A DNA stretch of 64,000 nucleotides, from NCBI GenBank assembly GCA_913041815.1, contig CAJWJE010000002.1, positions 13,944 to 77,943 on the forward strand. The letters are read 5' to 3'. The stretch is from an uncultured Rhodobacteraceae bacterium (GTDB lineage Bacteria > Pseudomonadota > Alphaproteobacteria > Rhodobacterales > Rhodobacteraceae). The notes beneath the pieces were generated by a model. That model did not search any database and had not been told where the DNA came from. It saw only the letters and a list, made by a program, of their open reading frames with translations. This document shows, piece by piece, positions 19,550 to 30,058 of this stretch (position 1 is the first letter of the stretch; every line of letters starts with the position of its first letter). Position numbers and translations under genes: made by a program.

Positions 19550-21013
19550 TCAATGATAATCTCGCCCGCGCCTGTAAAAATGCCCCAGGATCAGGACTCC
19601 AACAAGGGCCAATAGGCCAAGCCAAGGATTTTTTTCATAAAATGTTGCTAGGCGGGGTCTGGGAATCGGCGCATCTAGCGCCCCGCGCTCGTGAAGATCC
19701 AACCGATCGCGCGACCGCCCCCAAGGATCAATCACAGCAGTGACGCCGCGATTGGCCACCCGCAGCATCGGCAGCCCCAGTTCAATGGCGCGGGCGCGCG
19801 CCTGGGCAAAATGCTGAGCCGGGCCCTGCCCCTCGCCGAACCAGCCATCATTGGTAATCAACACCAACAGATCAGGGCGGGTGTCGCCGCGTCCGACAAA
19901 CTGCGGGAAAATCCCTTCATAGCAGATCAACGGCTGGAGCAAACCGATACCTTCGATATCAATATGAGCCGGACCACTGCCGGCTGAAAATTCAGGGAAA
20001 TCATACCCGAAGGCCCGAGCCAAATGGCTAAGGGGCAGATATTCCCCGAAGGGCACCAAGCGGCTCTTGTGATATTCGCCCTGAATCTCCCCTTCTGGTG
20101 CCACCACGCCCAGAGTGTTGAAATACTGGCCCGCCGGGTTGCGGCTCTGGTAGCCAACCACCACATGCGCGCCCCGCGCCGCGCCGGCAATCTCGCGCCG
20201 GGCCAACTCTATGGGCAGATAGACCGAAGTTTCGGGCCAAATGATGAGATCAACGGCAGGCCCCGCATGGGTAAGAGATAGATGCCTTTGATAGATTGCC
20301 TGCGTCTTGTCCGGATCCCATTTATTTTCTTGTGCCACGTTAGGATGTATCAAACGCACAATTGGCCGGTTCTCATCTGCCGGGCCGCTGCCTGGCCCCT
20401 GCACAGGCACGAAGGGCAAGGCGAGGCTCAGGGTCAAAACAACCAATCGCGGCATCGCCCGCCCCCGGGCGATCAGCGCCGCCAGGATCAGGGTCAAAAG
20501 ACTCATGCCATGAGGTCCAATAATAGCCGCGATTTGGTAAGCGATTGTGTCAATCCACACATAGCCCAGCAAGGCCCAAGGAAACCCGGTGAACAGGTAG
20601 GAACGGGCGAGCTCAGCGGCCAAAAGCGCGAGACAGACCCAAAGCCGCATACGCCCGCCTGCCAGTGCAAAAGCGCCGCCCCAAAACAGGGCCAATCCCC
20701 CCGCCATAGCCAGCAAGGCGAAGGGTGCAACCCAGGCAGTGCCGCGGCCCGCTACTAAGAAGGGCTCAACAATCCAAGCCAAGGCGACCAAAAAATAGCC
20801 AAACCCGAGGCCCCAACCGCGCCAGAAATGCGGCAGGCGGGTCTGCGGGCGGATGATCCAAAATCCAAAGGCCAATCCGACAAGCGTAAGCGCTGGCTGA
20901 TCCACAGGGGCCTGCCCCAGCCCAGCAAGCCCGCCAGCCGCAACCGTCAAGGCCCCTTGTCCCCATGCTGGCGCTTGCGCCCAAAGCCTATGAGCTGCTG
21001 ATGGCTCTAACAT
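19550..21013 (-). CDS. lnt: Apolipoprotein N-acyltransferase
   Basis: N-terminal multi-TM region plus a C-terminal nitrilase-like domain (WPE...., ICYE..FP). Conserved position downstream of ybeX. The start is uncertain, since it overlaps ybeX by 26 nt. Confidence 0.9.
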   Translation of the reverse strand: MLEPSAAHRLWAQAPAWGQGALTVAAGGLAGLGQAPVDQPALTLVGLAFGFWIIRPQTRLPHFWRGWGLGFGYFLVALAWIVEPFLVAGRGTAWVAPFALLAMAGGLALFWGGAFALAGGRMRLWVCLALLAAELARSYLFTGFPWALLGYVWIDTIAYQIAAIIGPHGMSLLTLILAALIARGRAMPRLVVLTLSLALPFVPVQGPGSGPADENRPIVRLIHPNVAQENKWDPDKTQAIYQRHLSLTHAGPAVDLIIWPETSVYLPIELARREIAGAARGAHVVVGYQSRNPAGQYFNTLGVVAPEGEIQGEYHKSRLVPFGEYLPLSHLARAFGYDFPEFSAGSGPAHIDIEGIGLLQPLICYEGIFPQFVGRGDTRPDLLVLITNDGWFGEGQGPAQHFAQARARAIELGLPMLRVANRGVTAVIDPWGRSRDRLDLHERGALDAPIPRPRLATFYEKNPWLGLLALVGVLILGHFYRRGRDYH

Positions 21014-21887
21014 GGGCTCTCAGCCTCTTGATCCGTCTCGGATCTGCGTCGACGATTTCAAACTCGACCCCAGCAGGGTGTTTGATGACCTCGCCCCGCG
21101 CGGGCACTCGGCCCAGTAACATAAAGACCAACCCACCCAGCGTGTCGACCTCTTCGGGATCCACCTCTGCGACCTCCGACAGATCTCGGCCAATTTCCTG
21201 CTGAAACTCATCCAAGGGTGTTTTGGCCTGCGCCAGGTAACTGCCCGGTTTTTCAACCACCCAAAAGTCACCCTCTGCCGGATCGTGCTCATCCTCAATC
21301 TCGCCAATCACCTGTTCGATCAAATCTTCAATGGTCACCAGCCCATCCGTGCCACCATATTCATCAATCACCAAAGCCATATGAATACGGTCAGCCTGCA
21401 TTTTGGTGAGCAATATGCCAATCGGCATAGAGGGTGGTACAAACAATAAGGGGCGCAGCATAGATTTGAGCACCAAACGTCCACCAGAGCCGTTAAACCC
21501 GTGTTTGAGGGCCAGATCTTTCAAATGCACAAACCCAAGAGGTGTATCCAGGGTTCGATTGTAGACGGGCAAACGCGTTAGACCGGTGTTGCGAAACACA
21601 TGAACCAAATCTTCTTTGGTGATGGTCACAGGCACAGATTTAATATCTGCCTTAGGCACCATCACATCTTCCACCCGCAATTGCCGCAGGTTCCAGATGC
21701 CGGGAATAATCTCTTCCCCCTCGGGCTTGGAAAATTCAAAGCTATGCTTCTGTGGCAAACGACCGCCAGAGAAGGCCCATTTCAAACGATCCCAAAAGCC
21801 CAGCGCCTGTGTCTGTCTACTCGAGGGGTCTTCGGCGGTCTCAGAGCCGCCGGCTGTGTCATCACTTTGTGGCATATCACCAATCAT
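20988..21887 (-). CDS. ybeX: CBS-domain CorC/HlyC-family transporter-associated protein
   Basis: V.DVMVPK..I, tandem CBS domains and a C-terminal CorC_HlyC domain (F.I.DAD.RRI..L). Lies in the ybeZ-ybeY-ybeX-lnt order. Confidence 0.88.
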   Translation of the reverse strand: MIGDMPQSDDTAGGSETAEDPSSRQTQALGFWDRLKWAFSGGRLPQKHSFEFSKPEGEEIIPGIWNLRQLRVEDVMVPKADIKSVPVTITKEDLVHVFRNTGLTRLPVYNRTLDTPLGFVHLKDLALKHGFNGSGGRLVLKSMLRPLLFVPPSMPIGILLTKMQADRIHMALVIDEYGGTDGLVTIEDLIEQVIGEIEDEHDPAEGDFWVVEKPGSYLAQAKTPLDEFQQEIGRDLSEVAEVDPEEVDTLGGLVFMLLGRVPARGEVIKHPAGVEFEIVDADPRRIKRLRAHVRAISSS

Positions 21888-22387
21888 TGGGTTTCGTTCT
21901 TCATTACATAAGGGTTGGAAATGCCGAGGCTTGCAAGCATTCTGATTTCAAGAGCCTCCATCACGTCCGCATCTGCATCCTCTATGTGATCATAGCCTAG
22001 AAGATGCAATGTCCCATGAAGCAAAAGATGGGTCAGGTGATCGAGAATTGCAAGCCTAGCCGCCTGCGATTCGCGCAAACAAGTCTCATAGGCGATTGCA
22101 ATATCACCCAATTCAAGATCCGCCGCCCGTTTGGGCTTCGCGCCGGGCTTATGCACAGACAAGTCAGCAGCCGGCCAGGACAGCACATTGGTCGGCTGAG
22201 GCTTGCCGCGGAAATCTTGGTTTAGCTGGGCAATCTGAGCGTCATCACAGGCCATCACAACCGCGCTGCATTGCGCCGGAAGCGGCAGGTATTGGGGTAT
22301 GACATCGCCCAGTTTCGCACCAATCGCCGCCAGTTCATGCGCCTGCCAGCGGGCATCTTCCAAAATAAACTCAAAGGTCAGGCTCAT
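21884..22387 (-). CDS. ybeY: rRNA maturation endoribonuclease YbeY
   Basis: H...HG.LHLLGYDH zinc motif near the C-terminus. 4-nt overlaps with both neighbours. Confidence 0.92.
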   Translation of the reverse strand: MSLTFEFILEDARWQAHELAAIGAKLGDVIPQYLPLPAQCSAVVMACDDAQIAQLNQDFRGKPQPTNVLSWPAADLSVHKPGAKPKRAADLELGDIAIAYETCLRESQAARLAILDHLTHLLLHGTLHLLGYDHIEDADADVMEALEIRMLASLGISNPYVMKNETQ

Positions 22388-23382
22388 GTGCCATCCGCGT
22401 CGTAGGCTTCAATAATCGCCGCCACCAAGGGATGACGCACCACGTCTTTTGAGGTGAAGTAATTGAAGCTAATTTTCGGAATATCCGATAACAAACGCTC
22501 CGCATCAGCCAGCCCCGATTGGACACCGCGCGGCAGATCAATCTGCGTGCGGTCGCCGGTGATCACCATGCGGCTTCCCTCTCCCAAACGGGTCAAGAAC
22601 ATCTTCATCTGCATTGACGTTGCGTTTTGCGCCTCATCCAATACCACAAAAGCATTCGCCAAGGTTCTGCCGCGCATAAAGGCCAGAGGGGCAATCTCAA
22701 TTGCCTTATCTTCCATCAATTTCGCCATTTGCTTGGCCGGTAGAAAGTCATTTAGCGCATCATAAAGTGGCTGCATGTAAGGATCAACTTTTTCCTTCAT
22801 ATCACCCGGCAAAAATCCCAAACGCTCCCCGGCTTCCACAGCGGGACGAGACAGAATAATCCTATCGACCCGTCCGGTGATGAACATTGACACACCCACG
22901 GCCACGGCCAGATAGGTCTTACCTGTGCCCGCAGGCCCAATGCCGAAAGAGAGCTCGTTTTTGAACAAGGCCTCGACATAGGCCTTCTGAGCCTCCGTGC
23001 GCGGTTCGACTAATTTCTTACGGGTTTTAATCTCTACCGCTCCGCTGCGGAACATCTCCATCTGTTGATCGGTGCCGCCGGCGTCACCACCGGCCATATT
23101 CATCCTGAGCTCTGCGGTCACATCAGCGGGTGTCACAGGCCGCCCCTGCTCGAGCCGTGTATAGAGCGATTGCAAAATCGCAGATGCCTGTGCCGCTCCA
23201 TCCGCATCGCCAACCAAAAGCAATTGATTGCCCCGACGCACAATTTGAATGGCGTGATGCGTCTCTATCGTAGTGAGATTACGATCAAATTCTCCGCAGA
23301 GCACCGCCAAGAGGCGATTATTGGGAAATTCAATCCGAGATTCGTTTTGTTCAGCGGTGGCTGTTACGGCGTCGTCTGCCAA
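22384..23382 (-). CDS. phoH: PhoH-family ATPase
   Basis: GPAGTGKTYLAVA Walker A and VLDEAQN Walker B. Conserved miaB-phoH-ybeY order. Confidence 0.92.
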   Translation of the reverse strand: MADDAVTATAEQNESRIEFPNNRLLAVLCGEFDRNLTTIETHHAIQIVRRGNQLLLVGDADGAAQASAILQSLYTRLEQGRPVTPADVTAELRMNMAGGDAGGTDQQMEMFRSGAVEIKTRKKLVEPRTEAQKAYVEALFKNELSFGIGPAGTGKTYLAVAVGVSMFITGRVDRIILSRPAVEAGERLGFLPGDMKEKVDPYMQPLYDALNDFLPAKQMAKLMEDKAIEIAPLAFMRGRTLANAFVVLDEAQNATSMQMKMFLTRLGEGSRMVITGDRTQIDLPRGVQSGLADAERLLSDIPKISFNYFTSKDVVRHPLVAAIIEAYDADGT

Positions 23383-23479
23383 GGAGGTCCCCTAAATAGG
23401 TCTAACATGCTTTTTCAGACTATAGCGCGATTCTCGCAAGAGGAAGGCCCACAGCAAACAAAATCCGCAAAGCAACAGA

Positions 23480-24811
23480 TTATGCGCCCCCAAGCAGGCC
23501 CGCGTCCACAACCTGCCCTGTCAGCGAGTTGGTCATATCCTTGAGAATCCGCACCGAGATAACTTGCCCAATCATATGATCAGGCGCCTCGGCATGGACC
23601 GCGTGGAGATACTCGGATTTCCCAATCAACTGCCCCTCACGGCGGCCTTTCTTCTCAAACAGCACCTTCACCTCGCGCCCCACCATGGCGGCTTGGGCGG
23701 CGCGTTGCTGTTCGGTCAAAAGCGCTTGCAGCTCTTGCAGCCGAGCAGAGGCCACTTCGGGCGGCACTTCAGCGCGTTCGGCCGCAGGCGTTCCCGGGCG
23801 CGCAGAATATTTGAAGGAATAGGCCTGCCCGTAGCCGACGCGGCGCACAAGATCTAAAGTGTCGTTAAAGTCCTGGTCCGTTTCATCCGGGAAGCCAACA
23901 ATGAAATCTCCCGACAAAAGCAAATCGGGTCGGGCGCTGCGAATACGCTCGACCAAGGCAAAATAGCTCTCACGCGTATGCTTTCGGTTCATGGCTTTCA
24001 AAATGCGATCACTGCCAGATTGCACCGGAAGATGCAGATAAGGCATCAGCTTGTCACAGGTGCCATGGGCTTCAATCAGCCCGTCATCCATGTCATTGGG
24101 ATGGCTGGTGGTAAACCGAATGCGCTCTAGCTGGTCAATCTCTGACAACTGCCAGATCAAGCCGGCCAAGCCGCCCGCATGCCCGTGATAGGCATTCACA
24201 TTCTGACCCAAAAGTGTAATTTCGCGCACACCGCGCGCCACCAAATCCGTGGCCTCTGCCATGACGCGCTCTGCTGGGCGGCTCACCTCGGCACCGCGCG
24301 TATATGGCACAACGCAAAACGCGCAAAATTTATCACAGCCTTCCTGCACCGTTAAAAAGGCGGTGGGGCCGCGTTTGGCCTTGGGCCTGCTGGCGAGATG
24401 GTCAAATTTATCTTCCTCGGGAAAATCAGTATCCAGCGCACGCTTACCGCTCTGAACCCGGCTCTCCATCTGAGGCAATTTGTGATAGGATTGCGGGCCA
24501 ACCACCAAATCAACCATCGGCTGCCGCCGAATAATTTCGGCCCCCTCCGCCTGAGCCACGCAGCCGGCAACACCAATTTTCAGACTTGGCTTTGCGGCTT
24601 TCAGCCCGCGAAACTTACCCAATTCCGAATAGATCTTCTCGGCGGCTTTTTCACGAATATGGCAGGTATTGAGCAAGATCATATCTGCATCATCCGCCGT
24701 ATCGGTCTGCACATAGCCCTCCGCGCCAAGGGTTTCGGCCATCCGTTCACTGTCATAGACATTCATCTGACAGCCATATGTCTTGATATACAGCTTTTTC
24801 GTATCGGCCAT
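23480..24811 (-). CDS. miaB: tRNA-2-methylthio-N6-dimethylallyladenosine synthase
   Basis: [13 protein letters not shown] and the radical-SAM C..C..C motif ([17 protein letters not shown]), with a TRAM-like C-terminus. Start set at the ATG at 24811. Confidence 0.95.
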   Translation of the reverse strand: MADTKKLYIKTYGCQMNVYDSERMAETLGAEGYVQTDTADDADMILLNTCHIREKAAEKIYSELGKFRGLKAAKPSLKIGVAGCVAQAEGAEIIRRQPMVDLVVGPQSYHKLPQMESRVQSGKRALDTDFPEEDKFDHLASRPKAKRGPTAFLTVQEGCDKFCAFCVVPYTRGAEVSRPAERVMAEATDLVARGVREITLLGQNVNAYHGHAGGLAGLIWQLSEIDQLERIRFTTSHPNDMDDGLIEAHGTCDKLMPYLHLPVQSGSDRILKAMNRKHTRESYFALVERIRSARPDLLLSGDFIVGFPDETDQDFNDTLDLVRRVGYGQAYSFKYSARPGTPAAERAEVPPEVASARLQELQALLTEQQRAAQAAMVGREVKVLFEKKGRREGQLIGKSEYLHAVHAEAPDHMIGQVISVRILKDMTNSLTGQVVDAGLLGGA

Positions 24812-24925
24812 GGTCAATTCCTTTTCGGCAAGGCATGCGTGCGGCGCTGATACCGCGTGAATTCCTCCCTTGCAATGCGTGTGAATTTCAGGGGTTTTAT
24901 CGCAGAATTTCATTTAGGCAATTTC

Positions 24926-25788
24926 ATGCAGTTCCCAACGCTTAAAAGCTATTTAAACTGGGCCAAAGGCCATGCACCCAAAGGACCGTTTGCCTTTATT
25001 TTCGCGCAGGATGATATCGAGCTGAACCACGCGGTCGCCCATCATATAAAATTAGGGTTTCCTCAGACGGTGGTCTTGGCCGATCCTCAACTTGCCCGGC
25101 CGGCAGATCTGCCTGCCGAAACCGCCTTCGTCCAGCGCGCCGCAAAATCCTCCGCGGATATCAGCCAAGAGATGAATGCCATCATCTCTGCCCTGCCCCG
25201 ACAATGGATTTATTGCTGCTACAATGGCGAATATTTATTTTACCCGTTTTGCGAACCCCGCAGCATCGGAGAAATCATCGCCTTCACCACCGAAGAGCGC
25301 CGCATGACGATCTCCGCCACCGTGGTCGACCTCGATGCGGGAAATTTGCGGCAAAGCCCAGATGGGGTGGATGTGACAAACGCCTATTTGGATCGGCTTG
25401 GGTATTACGCACAGATACGGCAAGACGCCCAAAACGTCCCGCTCGAGCGGGAGGTCAATATCTTTGGCGGCTTACGGCGGCGCTTTGAGGACCACGTTCC
25501 GTGGGAAAAAACGGCGGCTTGATCGCAGGCCCTGTTTCAGGCCGTTCGTGGTTGAATTTCCAACCTGATTTCACCGTCAACCTGCCAGAATTCAACACAA
25601 TTTCTTGCCCATGGCATCACAATATAATCGCAGCTGTCGGCTCATTTTGGGCCGCCAAATCTTTGCGCCGCAATCCGGGCAGCCGCAATGCCATTTCCAG
25701 TTTTCAATGGCTCGGATCGGAGCAATTTAAATGGCATTCACGGCACTCGATGGCTCTGGGGTTTATGGAACCGGGTCAGTGGTTCTGA
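24926..25788 (+). pseudogene. Conserved hypothetical protein split by a 1-nt frameshift at an A6 run (or a sequencing error)
   Basis: ORF 24857..25522 ends ...HVPWEKTAA*. ORF 25501..25788 continues in the -1 frame, which is only open from 25489. The two frames overlap at the A6 run 25506-25511. One extra A would give a single protein of about 287 aa (...PWEKNGGLI...CPWHHN...EPGQWF). Confidence 0.5.
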
Positions 25789-25796
25789 GCAAGGCG

Positions 25797-26231
25797 CTAA
25801 GACTTGCGCCGCAGGCGAATAACCACATCTACTTTGGCAATCTCCGCCCCATCGGGCGCATCGGGCAGTACCGCAATTTTTAATTGCTCTGCCGGGGCAT
25901 CCACCAACTCGGCGCTGTCTTCCCAATAAAAATGCGGATGATCGGTAATATTGGTGTCAAAATAGCTCTTTGCGCCATCCACAGTAATTTCACGCATCAA
26001 GCCAGCATCACAAAAGGCGCGCAGTGTATTGTAGACAGTGGCCAAAGAAACCTTATCAGCGTGATCATTGCTCGCTGCAAAAAGGCTTTCAGCGGTAACA
26101 TGCCGATTTTTGCCATCACCAATCAACCGTCGCGCCAAAATAACCCGCTGCCGTGTCGGTCGCAACCCGCCGTTGGCCAACCATTGGTCGACGATCCGAT
26201 GCGGTTCACCTTGGGTTTTCGCATAATCCAT
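25797..26231 (-). CDS. irr: Fur-family regulator, Irr (iron response regulator) type
   Basis: Fur-like winged helix (GLRPTRQR..I...L; ATVYNTL) and a DHPHFY His-rich motif. Its divergent position next to fabA matches the irr-fabA linkage I recall in alphaproteobacteria. Confidence 0.8.
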   Translation of the reverse strand: MDYAKTQGEPHRIVDQWLANGGLRPTRQRVILARRLIGDGKNRHVTAESLFAASNDHADKVSLATVYNTLRAFCDAGLMREITVDGAKSYFDTNITDHPHFYWEDSAELVDAPAEQLKIAVLPDAPDGAEIAKVDVVIRLRRKS

Positions 26232-26387
26232 GGGGGCAGTATGACGCCTTGCGACTAATTTTCAATGGCAAAAGTTCAAAATATAAGCCAGCATAGTGAA
26301 AACACGAGGCTTCGGCGGCCTTGCCACGTGCCCACAGACGTATATAGAGCTGTAATTAAAACCGTTACACCAACGCAGGAGCCCAAT

Positions 26388-26897
26388 ATGCAATCAGATT
26401 TTCCGACCTCTTTCGACAAAGACGGTCTTTTGAAGTGCGCCCGTGGCGAGCTCTTCGGCCCAGGGAATGCTCAATTGCCCGAACCACCGATGTTGATGAT
26501 GGATCGCGTGACTGAGATCAGTAGCGACGGCGGCCTGCACGGCAAAGGGCATGTGATTGCGGAATTTGATATCCATCCCGAACTTTGGTTTTTTAAATGC
26601 CACTTCCCAGGCGATCCGGTCATGCCTGGATGTCTGGGCCTGGATGCTCTGTGGCAATTGACCGGGTTCAATTTGGGCTGGCGCGGCATGCCTGGACGCG
26701 GACGGGCTTTGGGCGTTGGTGAGGTGAAGTTCACAGATATGGTCACACCTGAGGTCAAGATGATCACCTATCATGTTGACTTCACGCGTGTTATCGATCG
26801 TAAGCTGAAACTGGGCATGGCCGATGGGCGCATGTTTGCAGATGGAAAAGAAATTTACACAACTGCCAATATGAAAGTTGGCTTGTTCACCGATTAA
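26388..26897 (+). CDS. fabA: 3-hydroxydecanoyl-ACP dehydratase/isomerase
   Basis: [32 protein letters not shown] and GEVKF.G motifs. Start set at the ATG at 26388 after AGGAG. Confidence 0.93.
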   Translation: MQSDFPTSFDKDGLLKCARGELFGPGNAQLPEPPMLMMDRVTEISSDGGLHGKGHVIAEFDIHPELWFFKCHFPGDPVMPGCLGLDALWQLTGFNLGWRGMPGRGRALGVGEVKFTDMVTPEVKMITYHVDFTRVIDRKLKLGMADGRMFADGKEIYTTANMKVGLFTD

Positions 26898-26911
26898 CCT
26901 AAGGGGATCAC

Positions 26912-28141
26912 ATGCGCCGTGTAGTCATCACAGGCCTGGGTATTGTCTCACCCATTGGCAATAATTTCGACGAAGTGACCGATGCGCTGAAAGCGGGTCG
27001 GTCTGGGATTGCTTTTGAACCGGAATATGCAGAGAACGGCTTTCGCAGCCGGGTTGCAGGCATTCCGAAAATCAACCCTGCCGAACATATAGACAAGCGC
27101 CACATGCGCTTCATGGGCACGGGTGCGGGTTACAACTATTTGGCTATGGAACAGGCAATTGCCGATTCTGGCCTTGAGGAGTCCGATGTTTCCAATCTGC
27201 GCACTGGCTTGATTATGGGCTCTGGTGGGCCTTCGACTGCGAATTTTCACACCGCCTTTGACGTGGTAAAAAACCGCGGTGGACCCAAGCGCATGGGTCC
27301 CTTCATGGTGACACGCTGCATGAGCTCGGCCCATTCCGCCACTCTCGCTACACCGTTCAAGATCAAGGGCTTGAACTATTCCATCACCTCCGCTTGCGCC
27401 ACTTCAGCCCATTGCATCGGCAATGCAATGGAGCAAATTCAGCTCGGCAAACAAGATGTGGTTTTTGCCGGCGGTGGTGAGGAAGTGCATTGGTCCCTCT
27501 CATGCCTATTTGACGCGATGAACGCAATGTCCTCGAAATATAATGATACGCCAGAAACGGCCTCACGCCCCTATGATGCCAACCGCGATGGCTTTGTTAT
27601 CGCCGGCGGCGGCGGTGTCTTGGTGCTTGAAGAATTAGAACACGCCAAGGCGCGCGGCGCGAAAATTTATGCTGAGATGACCGGCTATGGCGCCACCTCT
27701 GACGGGGCCGACATGGTGGCCCCCTCCGGCGAGGGTGGTGAGCGCTCTATGCGTCAAGCTCTGGCGATGTTGGATCCCGATCGCAAGGTGAACTATATCA
27801 ACGCCCATGGCACCTCTACCCCAGCCGGCGATGTGACCGAAGTGCAGGCTGTGCGGAATATCTTTGGCCAAGGATCAACACCGCCGATCTCCTCGACCAA
27901 ATCCTTGACAGGCCACTCTTTGGGTGCCACCTCGGTACACGAAGCCATTTACGCGCTCTCAATGATGCAAAATAGCTTCATTAGTGCCTCTGCGAATGTG
28001 GAAACGCTCGATCCGGCGCTGGATGCTTCGGAGATTGTCACCACACGTCAAGACGATGTTGAGCTCGACACGATTCTTTCCAACAGCTTTGGCTTTGGTG
28101 GAACAAATGCGACCTTAATTATGAGCAAATTTAACGGATAA
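26912..28141 (+). CDS. fabB: Beta-ketoacyl-ACP synthase I
   Basis: [13 protein letters not shown], active-site region [14 protein letters not shown] and SFGFGG motifs. Directly downstream of fabA. Confidence 0.93.
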   Translation: MRRVVITGLGIVSPIGNNFDEVTDALKAGRSGIAFEPEYAENGFRSRVAGIPKINPAEHIDKRHMRFMGTGAGYNYLAMEQAIADSGLEESDVSNLRTGLIMGSGGPSTANFHTAFDVVKNRGGPKRMGPFMVTRCMSSAHSATLATPFKIKGLNYSITSACATSAHCIGNAMEQIQLGKQDVVFAGGGEEVHWSLSCLFDAMNAMSSKYNDTPETASRPYDANRDGFVIAGGGGVLVLEELEHAKARGAKIYAEMTGYGATSDGADMVAPSGEGGERSMRQALAMLDPDRKVNYINAHGTSTPAGDVTEVQAVRNIFGQGSTPPISSTKSLTGHSLGATSVHEAIYALSMMQNSFISASANVETLDPALDASEIVTTRQDDVELDTILSNSFGFGGTNATLIMSKFNG

Positions 28142-28145
28142 AATC

Positions 28146-28934
28146 ATGGCAGAACTTCTCAAAGGAAAACGCGGTCTGATCACCGGAATTGCAAATGATC
28201 GCTCCATCGCTTGGGGCATCGCAGAGGCTATGAAGGCCGAAGGCGCCGAATTGGCCTTTGGCGTTCAGATGGACGTCTTTGGCGAGAAAGTTAAACCTTT
28301 GGCGGCAAATATGGGAGTGGATCTTGTGCTGGATTATAACGTGCAAGACGATGCCAGCACGCAAGCGGCCTTTGACACATTGGCTGACAAATGGGGCGGG
28401 CTGGATTTTGCCGTACATGCCATAGCCTATTCCGACAAGAGCGAATTGACCGGACGGTTCATCAACACCAGCCGCGAAAATTTCAAAAACTCTCTGGATA
28501 TTTCTGCCTATTCCTTCATCGACATGGCCAAAAAAGCTGAGCCTTTGATGACCGGTGGCGGCAGTTTGATAACACTGACCTATCAAGGCAGCCGCAAGGC
28601 GACCCCTTGGTATAACGTTATGGGAGTGGCCAAAGCGGCACTGGAATCGGCGGTGGTCTATCTGGCCAATGATTTGGGCCCGCAAAAAATTCGCGTGAAT
28701 GCAATTTCTCCCGGCCCGATGAAAACCCTTTCTGGCGCGGCCATTGGTGGTGCGCGTAAGACCTTCCGCTTCACCGAAGCCAATACGCCCCTACGGGCCA
28801 ATGCCACGAAAGCCTCAATTGGCGGCACAGCGGTTTATCTAGCATCCGATTACGGCGAATGTACCACGGGCGAGACCATTATGGTCGATGGTGGGCTTCA
28901 CATCCTCGGCCTGCCACAGCCCGAAAATTTTTAA
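28146..28934 (+). CDS. fabI: Enoyl-ACP reductase (NADH)
   Basis: L.GKRGLI.G.AN.RSIAWGIA, Y..M..AKAALE and IRVNAIS.GP..T motifs. Confidence 0.92.
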   Translation: MAELLKGKRGLITGIANDRSIAWGIAEAMKAEGAELAFGVQMDVFGEKVKPLAANMGVDLVLDYNVQDDASTQAAFDTLADKWGGLDFAVHAIAYSDKSELTGRFINTSRENFKNSLDISAYSFIDMAKKAEPLMTGGGSLITLTYQGSRKATPWYNVMGVAKAALESAVVYLANDLGPQKIRVNAISPGPMKTLSGAAIGGARKTFRFTEANTPLRANATKASIGGTAVYLASDYGECTTGETIMVDGGLHILGLPQPENF

Positions 28935-29077
28935 ACCTGAAAGACCGCCTCAGACCACGAGTTCAACTCGGAATGCGGGCAGCGCCTGACTGGGCGGGCG
29001 CATATCTGCGGTGGCGAAATCACTGCGGCATTTGAGCAATAGGCATATATATCAGTAAAATCCGACGCTGGGCTGAC

Positions 29078-30055
29078 CTAGGGGCAGGGATAGATCTCGA
29101 GCGCGCGAATGAACATCTGTGTATCAATATTGCCACCAGAGGCGATGCAAATCACATTCTCTCCCTGCAGCTGGTCCCCATGGTAGAGCGCGGCTGCCAA
29201 TGCAATCGCCCCGCCGGGTTCAAGCACAACTTTAAGCCGGGTGAAGGCCACAGAGATGGCCCGCAGGCAATTTTCTTCTGGCACGACGATTCCCGCCCCA
29301 CAAAGATCGCGCATGAGAGGAAAGGTCATTTCGCCGGGGCTCCGGGTGACAATCGCATCGCAAATACTGCCTCCGCTGCGGTCATTGCTTTGCCGATGTC
29401 CAGTTTGCAGCGAGCGTGTCACGTCGTCGAAATCCACAGGCTCAACAGGCCGCACGCGCATATTTGGCGCCTCTTGCTCCAAAGCCAAAGCGACCCCAGA
29501 GGTCAAACCGCCGCCGCCGCAACACACGAGAACATCGGCCTCGGTAATACCCGCAGCCGTCGCCTGTTCCGCTATTTCCAGACCACAGGTGCCCTGACCG
29601 GCGATCACTTCGGGCGCATCATAGGGTTTGATTAGGCTCAATCCACGCGCCTCAGCCAGCGCCACGCCGATCGCCTCGCGATCCTCACGGTCTCGGTCAT
29701 ATAAAACCACCTCCGCCCCAAGGGCGCGGGTATTCTCAATCTTCAATCGGGGTGCATCTTTTGGCATCACAATAACAGCAGGAACCTCATGCAGACGCGC
29801 GGCCAGCGCCACGCCCTGTGCGTGATTGCCCGATGAAAAGGCAATGACGCCAGCCGATCTTACGTCAGGTGACAGGGCCGAGACCGCGGACCAGCCGCCG
29901 CGAAACTTAAATGACCCAGTATGTTGCAAAGCCTCTGCCTTGATCCAAACCCGACGCCCAACAATCTCATCAACAAATGAAGAATTCAGCAGCGGGGTGC
30001 GCCGTACCTTACCCTCCAACCGCTGCGCCGCGGCCAGTATCATCTCAATATTCAT
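29078..30055 (-). CDS. PLP-dependent threonine/serine dehydratase (fold type II)
   Basis: K.E.LQ.TGSFKFRG (PLP lysine), SSGNHAQG and GGGGL motifs. 325 aa with no ACT regulatory domain. Confidence 0.8.
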   Translation of the reverse strand: MNIEMILAAAQRLEGKVRRTPLLNSSFVDEIVGRRVWIKAEALQHTGSFKFRGGWSAVSALSPDVRSAGVIAFSSGNHAQGVALAARLHEVPAVIVMPKDAPRLKIENTRALGAEVVLYDRDREDREAIGVALAEARGLSLIKPYDAPEVIAGQGTCGLEIAEQATAAGITEADVLVCCGGGGLTSGVALALEQEAPNMRVRPVEPVDFDDVTRSLQTGHRQSNDRSGGSICDAIVTRSPGEMTFPLMRDLCGAGIVVPEENCLRAISVAFTRLKVVLEPGGAIALAAALYHGDQLQGENVICIASGGNIDTQMFIRALEIYPCP

Positions 30056-30058
30056 CTT

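Noticed and set aside
25502-25513. Programmed -1 ribosomal frameshifting at the A6 run.
   Set aside because: In the upstream (zero) frame the codons read GAA AAA ACG, so the site is not a canonical X_XXY_YYZ slippery heptamer. I see no obvious downstream stimulatory hairpin within about 10 nt. A mutation or homopolymer sequencing error is the more economical explanation, though the observation is kept as a finding.
26232-26387. An Irr/iron-control-element-type operator (TTTAGAA-N3-TTCTAAA-like) in the irr-fabA divergent region.
   Set aside because: No convincing match to the palindrome as I remember it was found. Only weak A/T-rich half-sites are present.
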